From Squalus acanthias (Eukaryota): a DNA stretch of 64,000 bases. The position numbers were made by a program, and so were the translations under genes. The notes beneath the pieces were generated by a model. It was not told where the DNA came from. It saw nothing but the letters and a program-made list of their open reading frames with translations, and ran no database searches. The stretch is taken from the NCBI GenBank assembly GCA_030390025.1, contig CM059432.1, forward strand, positions 136,712,001-136,776,000, in the 5' to 3' direction. This document shows, piece after piece, positions 58,960-64,000 of the stretch; positions within the stretch are counted from its first letter, which is position 1; the number at the start of each line of letters is the position of its first letter.

Positions 58960-60010
58960 ATGACCCCAATTTTTACTCACTCCAGTCCAAGAGGCACAGC
59001 CTTCAACGTATCTGGTGCACAACTGGCTTACCCATTCATAACCAGATCAAGTGTGATAACGCCTCTGCCAAAAAACCTACTGCTCCCATCATACTGGAGA
59101 GCAAAGATAACCCTAGACTTCTTTTCTCCACCACTAACCATTTCCTTTAACCCCCCTCTCCCCTGCCCCTTCCACCTTCACCTCCAACAAGCGATGAGCT
59201 TGTGGGCCTGTTTGTCACCTAGGTTAAAACCATCCATTCAGCCTGCCTTTGCTGCTTCCCACCTTCCCCTTGCCAACCCCAAGCCAAAGCTCCCCTAGGC
59301 TCCCCCCTGCCCTATCCCTGAACCCACTCTAGCTTCTCTCCCATCTCCCCCAAGTCCTCTCCAAGCTCATCTAATCTACGAGACCTACTTTCTGCTCCCT
59401 TGACCCCATTCCCATTAAACTGCTGAGCACCCAACCTCTCTTCCTGACCTTCAGTGACAGTGTAAATGGTTCACTCTCCTCAGGTACTGCCCCTTCCCTT
59501 TCAAACCTTTTATTTTCATCCCCCTTTACAAAAAAACCCCCCTTGACCCCTCTGTCTTTGCAAACTACCACCCATACTTTCCTCTCCAAAGTCCTTGAAC
59601 ATCTTACCCGCAACTCCATGCTTGAATCTCTCCAATCAGGTTTCTGCCCCTGCAACAGCACCAAAACAGCCCTAATCAAAGTCACAAATAGTATTCGCTG
59701 TGACTATGATTATCTTGCATTATCGTTCCTCATCCTCCTTAACCTCTCTGCAGCCTTTGACACAGTCGACCACAGCATCCACCTCCACGCCTCTCCTCCA
59801 TTGTCCAGCTCAGTGAGACTGCCCTCATTTAGTTCCACTCTTTACCTATCTGATTGTAGCCAGAGCATCTCCAGCAATGGCTTCTCTTCCCACCCCTGCA
59901 TCACTACCTCTGGAGTCCCCCAAGGATCTATCCTTGTCCTGCTCTATTTCCATATCTGTATGCTGCCCCTCAGCAACGATATTTCCAAACATGGGGTCAG
60001 ATTCCACATC
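58960..60010 (+). mobile_element. Degraded L2 ORF2 (RT N-terminal half)
   Basis: SKDNPRLLFS, CSLDPIP, FLSKVLE, LQSGF...STKTALIKVTN, LLNLSAAFDTVDH, SGVPQGSIL. Confidence 0.85.
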
Positions 60011-61060
60011 TCAAAGCTTGGCTTTAGGAGGGTCTCAAAGGAGAAGAAAGAAGTGGAAAGGTGGAGATATTTATGGAGGGAATTTCATTACATGAAGCTA
60101 ATGCGGCTGGAGGCACAACCATCAATGGTAGGATAAAGGAATGGGAGGATGAAGGAATGGGAGGATGAAGGAATGGGAGGATGAAGGAATGGGAGGATGA
60201 AGGAATGGGAGGATGAAGGAATGGTGGGATGAAGAAATTGGATGAAGGAATGGTGGGATGAAGGAATGGGAGGATGAAGGAATTGGATGAAGGAATGGTG
60301 GGATGAAGGAATGGGAAGATGAAGGAATGGTGGGATGAAGGAATTGGATGAAGGAATGGTGGGATGAAGGAATGGGAGGATGAAGAAATTGGATGAAGGA
60401 ATGGTGGGATGAAGGAATGGGAGGATGAAGGAATTGGATGAAGGAATGGTGGGATGAAGGAATGGGAAGATGAAGGAATGGTGGGATGAAGGAATTGGAT
60501 GAAGGAATGGTGGGATGAAGGAATGGGAGGATGAAGGAATTGGAGGATGAAGGAATTGGGTGAAGGAATGGTGGTTTGAAGGAATGGGAGGATGAAGGAA
60601 TAGGGTGATGAAGGAATAGGACGATTAAAGAATGGGAGGATGAAGGAATGGAAGGGTGCACAAGTGGTTGGAGTCAGAGCAATGGGGAGTTCAGGAGGGG
60701 TTGCAAGACTGAGGAAGTTACAGAGTTAGGGAGCGGTGAGTCCTTGGAGAGATTCAAACACTAAGGACGAGAATTCAAAATTTGAGTTGTTGTGGAACTG
60801 GAGGCCAATGTAGGTCAGTGAAGATAGGAAGATAGTGATGAGTGAGTGGGCCTTGATGCAGGAGGATAGGATACAGGCAGCAGAGTTATTGGATGAGCTG
60901 AAGTTTACAGAGGATGGAGGATGGGAGGCCAGCCAGGAGAATAATTGGAATAGTCAAGTCTGGAGGGTTTTCAGTGGCAGATGGGCTCAGGCAGGGGTGG
61001 ATGTGAGCAATGCTACAGAGGTGGAAGTAGGTGGTCTTTATGATGGAGAGGATATGGGGT
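60011..61060 (-). mobile_element. Degraded L2 ORF2 C-terminal/3' segment in opposite orientation, containing a minisatellite
   Basis: Minus strand from 61060 reads PHILSIIKTTYFHL..IAHI and continues to the ...LLKP end near 60015. Confidence 0.7.
60131..60655 (+). repeat. Purine-rich 13-17-bp minisatellite (GGATGAAGGAATGGGA and variants)
   Basis: Directly visible, about 30 or more units. Confidence 0.95.
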
Positions 61061-64000
61061 GCTGTATGATTCTTTGATATTTAGAGGACAGATATGCACC
61101 AGATTTCAGGATGCTTTCAGCAGGCAGATATCTCTGTTGAGCATTGCTAAAAGACTCCAGTCCTTTTAAGTCACTATCTTTGTTCCACCATTCTGTAGCT
61201 CAGTGCTAGCTTCTGATATTATCATCACATACAGGTCAAGGGGATAAAGTTTGAAGATCTGGTAAAAGAAATAATGACTGTCAACTGTAAAGGTCAGACT
61301 ATCAGGAGCAGCTGTTCTGTCTTGGGCTACTAGAGGAACGGTTAGTCTGCAAGCGCTACCAGACTCTCAGAATGATTCTTTCATTATGGATGAACAACTT
61401 CGGACTGTTCCTTCCAAAAAGCTGCCACTGCCTGTGCAAAACATATCTAATGAAAGGATTAGCCGTCATCCAATGAACATCGGAACTGAATAAATATTGT
61501 AATGATAGAATGAAATTTCCATGTCAAAATCATAAGTGAAGGGATTGTACTGAATCTAATATCAGCATACAGGCTTTCTGTAATCTCGTGCAGCATTTGG
61601 CCATTGCCCTGATCTGCAGAGATGATCCTGAATTAGCATGGCATACAAATCAGCTTTTGGATTTTTATAAGATTATCTGTATTACAGGCTAATGCTGACG
61701 CATTCTCCAACAAACTCCAAACATGTTTGAGGATCAAATTTTCAATATGAAACACACAGCTTAACTGTGATGTCAAAGATTATTGTTAAAACAAGCAATT
61801 TATATAAACAAGAGGTTTCAGAAACTGCATTCAAACCCCTTCCATTAGCACTATTTCAATTGCTTCAGGGGACTCCCTTGTCCTTTCTCACTAGCTGTTA
61901 CTGTAATAAGCATTACAGTAATTTACTCTCAGTACTTGACCTGGGTCAGTTTTACATGATGTATCAGATTCATTATGCGAGACTTTTAAAAGACTATTAC
62001 TTATTAGTATACGCAATTTATATTCTAGATCATACTCCAGGGAACGTGGCTCCCTAGAACACGGGATTCCATTCTTAATTTAAAGAGTAGCAAAGGTTTC
62101 TCAACGTGAATCGAAGAAAAGGAGCTAAACAACTGGATTGCTTTGGTTCAACACGGTCTTAACTGGCTAAGAGGATATGTAAAATATAGATGAACAGGAG
62201 ATGAAAGGATCACGAGTATATAAAGGATATATAACAATAGTAATATCAGCTGGTAGAAACTGCACTCTTGTTTCATTACTGCCATCAGAAATTTGGCTTT
62301 GGGAGGTTCAATAGTAGAGGTGGGTGGTCTGATGCATCCTACCATTGATGCGCCCGCCTCCAGAGATTGTTGGCACCATTATCTCCTGGTTTCATGTAGT
62401 CAGCATGAATATATATTTGAGTCAGTATGAATATATACGAATTATGTGTCAGTAATGATGAAAAGAAAAATCAGTAAACAGCTCCATTCAAATATCAGCG
62501 CATTCAGATGAATGATAAAGAGATGCAAAGTGAATGTCACAAAAAGCAGAACCTGCATTTGCACTAAAAATCTTTCTTGGCACATACGGTAGGTAAGTGT
62601 TAATACTCTTTTTAAAAAGTGTTAATACTCCTTTAATAAGGCAATATCTGCCTTGAATGGGATTTAAAATGTCAGTCTGGATTTTTGAACCGTATAGATA
62701 AATATGACCCTTCCTACAAACTGTAATATATATATTTTTTAACACCCAAAATGTCATAAATTGTTTAAAGTTCTTGTTTTAAATCACAATTATGTAATCC
62801 AGTGGGATTTGCAACTTCAGCATACACAAATATATAATAAATATAGTACTGTACTTATTGGGAATTCAAAAAGGAGCTATAATACTATGGTTAATGGAGG
62901 TTTAAACAGAGAACAGTATAACTCAATGCTGTTTAATGTTACGTAAGTTAATAACCCACAGTTTTCATTGAAGTAGAAAGGTGATTTTATTTCACTTGGG
63001 CTTTAATAGGCTGACAAATGCTCGCTTATTCTTTATTTTTAAGAACTTTAAAGAATGTGGCAATTGCACTGAGAAAATGTTGAAGGCTTTTGTCAAATAA
63101 GATCTGTATAAAACTATAGGTAAAGATATCTGCTACTGTATCCGTCACAAATTTACTTTCAGCATAGTGTTGCTGAGGTGATTGAGGTGGCAAAATATCT
63201 GGAGAGATTGCGCATTGTTGCAAAATTAATCGCACCATCGCCTGCTCTAATTCATTCTTTCTATGGCCTCAGACTATGGACCTCCAACTCACACCCTGTC
63301 TTTCACTCCTTTCTGTAATCTACAGGCTTTTGAAGCCTAAGTTTGTCAGCTTCTACAAATCACTAATTTTCCTCATCTTCTCTCCTAACCTTTTCAAACT
63401 TGGTGGTAACCCTGCACTATGGGCCTAACTTGGCTCCTCAGTGATGGTAGCCCCATTACTGCTTGTCACCTGAATCTCCTGTTCCTAATTCTATGGGCCT
63501 CTTCGGCTCACAGCTAGGCTGCTGGATGGAGAGCCACACTCAAGTGAGGTGGCAAGCCTGAGGAGCACAGGGCAACCTGACATGCCCTTCATGATTGGGG
63601 CCTCTTGCCAATGGCTGCCAATCAAAATTTAACAGTTGTGGCGAAGGCGGCATAGTGACGCCCTGCCGACTGGAGGAAGATACGAGCGGTGAAGCTCAGA
63701 GTGAAAAGAAACTGTGAGAAAAGAATAAAAAATAAATCATTTTTACTGCGACTTGCTGATGTCCCTCAACAGAAAATGGGTATAAAAAAATGAAACTGCT
63801 ACAGAAATTCAGCAAAGCACTCACCACTTTTTATTGGTGAAAGAACTAAAGGCTTCATTTAAAAAAAAAGGTCATGTAATAAGTGTAATTTACATCTCTT
63901 TGATTGATACATTAGAATGAATTACAATGTCATGCACATGTCAAAAGTTGTGATTAAGTGGCTGCTGGTTATTTCAATTTACTCTTTTTAAAGTTTTTTA

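Noticed and set aside
60122..60661. 179-aa HPPIPSS-repeat ORF; CRISPR-like look of the array
   Set aside because: Minisatellite without unique spacers, in eukaryotic context with no cas genes.

Overview
Eukaryotic, repeat-rich non-coding DNA (large intron or gene desert). The repeat families point to a cartilaginous fish (shark). I found no host protein-coding exon that I can support; almost all short ORFs in the track are read-throughs of repeats. Contents: (i) a near full-length but mutated PIF/Harbinger DNA transposon at 38280-41856, with a DDE transposase on + and a 3-exon Myb/SANT-like gene on -, plus about a dozen non-autonomous Harbinger-type elements with related ~13-bp termini and often 3-bp TSDs; (ii) a ~1.56-kb fold-back element made of two inverted copies of a Myb-bearing transposon end (49056-50619); (iii) a Penelope-like retroelement insertion that is a 188-bp loop-less palindrome carrying two inverted minimal hammerhead ribozymes, bounded by a 12-bp TSD (37582-37831); (iv) a young 5'-truncated CR1 LINE with an open RT ORF and a doubled 3' tail, an older long CR1, and many CR1 and L2 3' fragments; (v) tRNA-derived Deu-domain SINEs, and LF-SINE-like and AmnSINE2-like SINEs; (vi) two small hAT MITEs; (vii) minisatellites that arose inside LINE fragments; (viii) repeat-free blocks that look like conserved non-coding enhancers. 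Family names come from recalled motifs, not from database searches.
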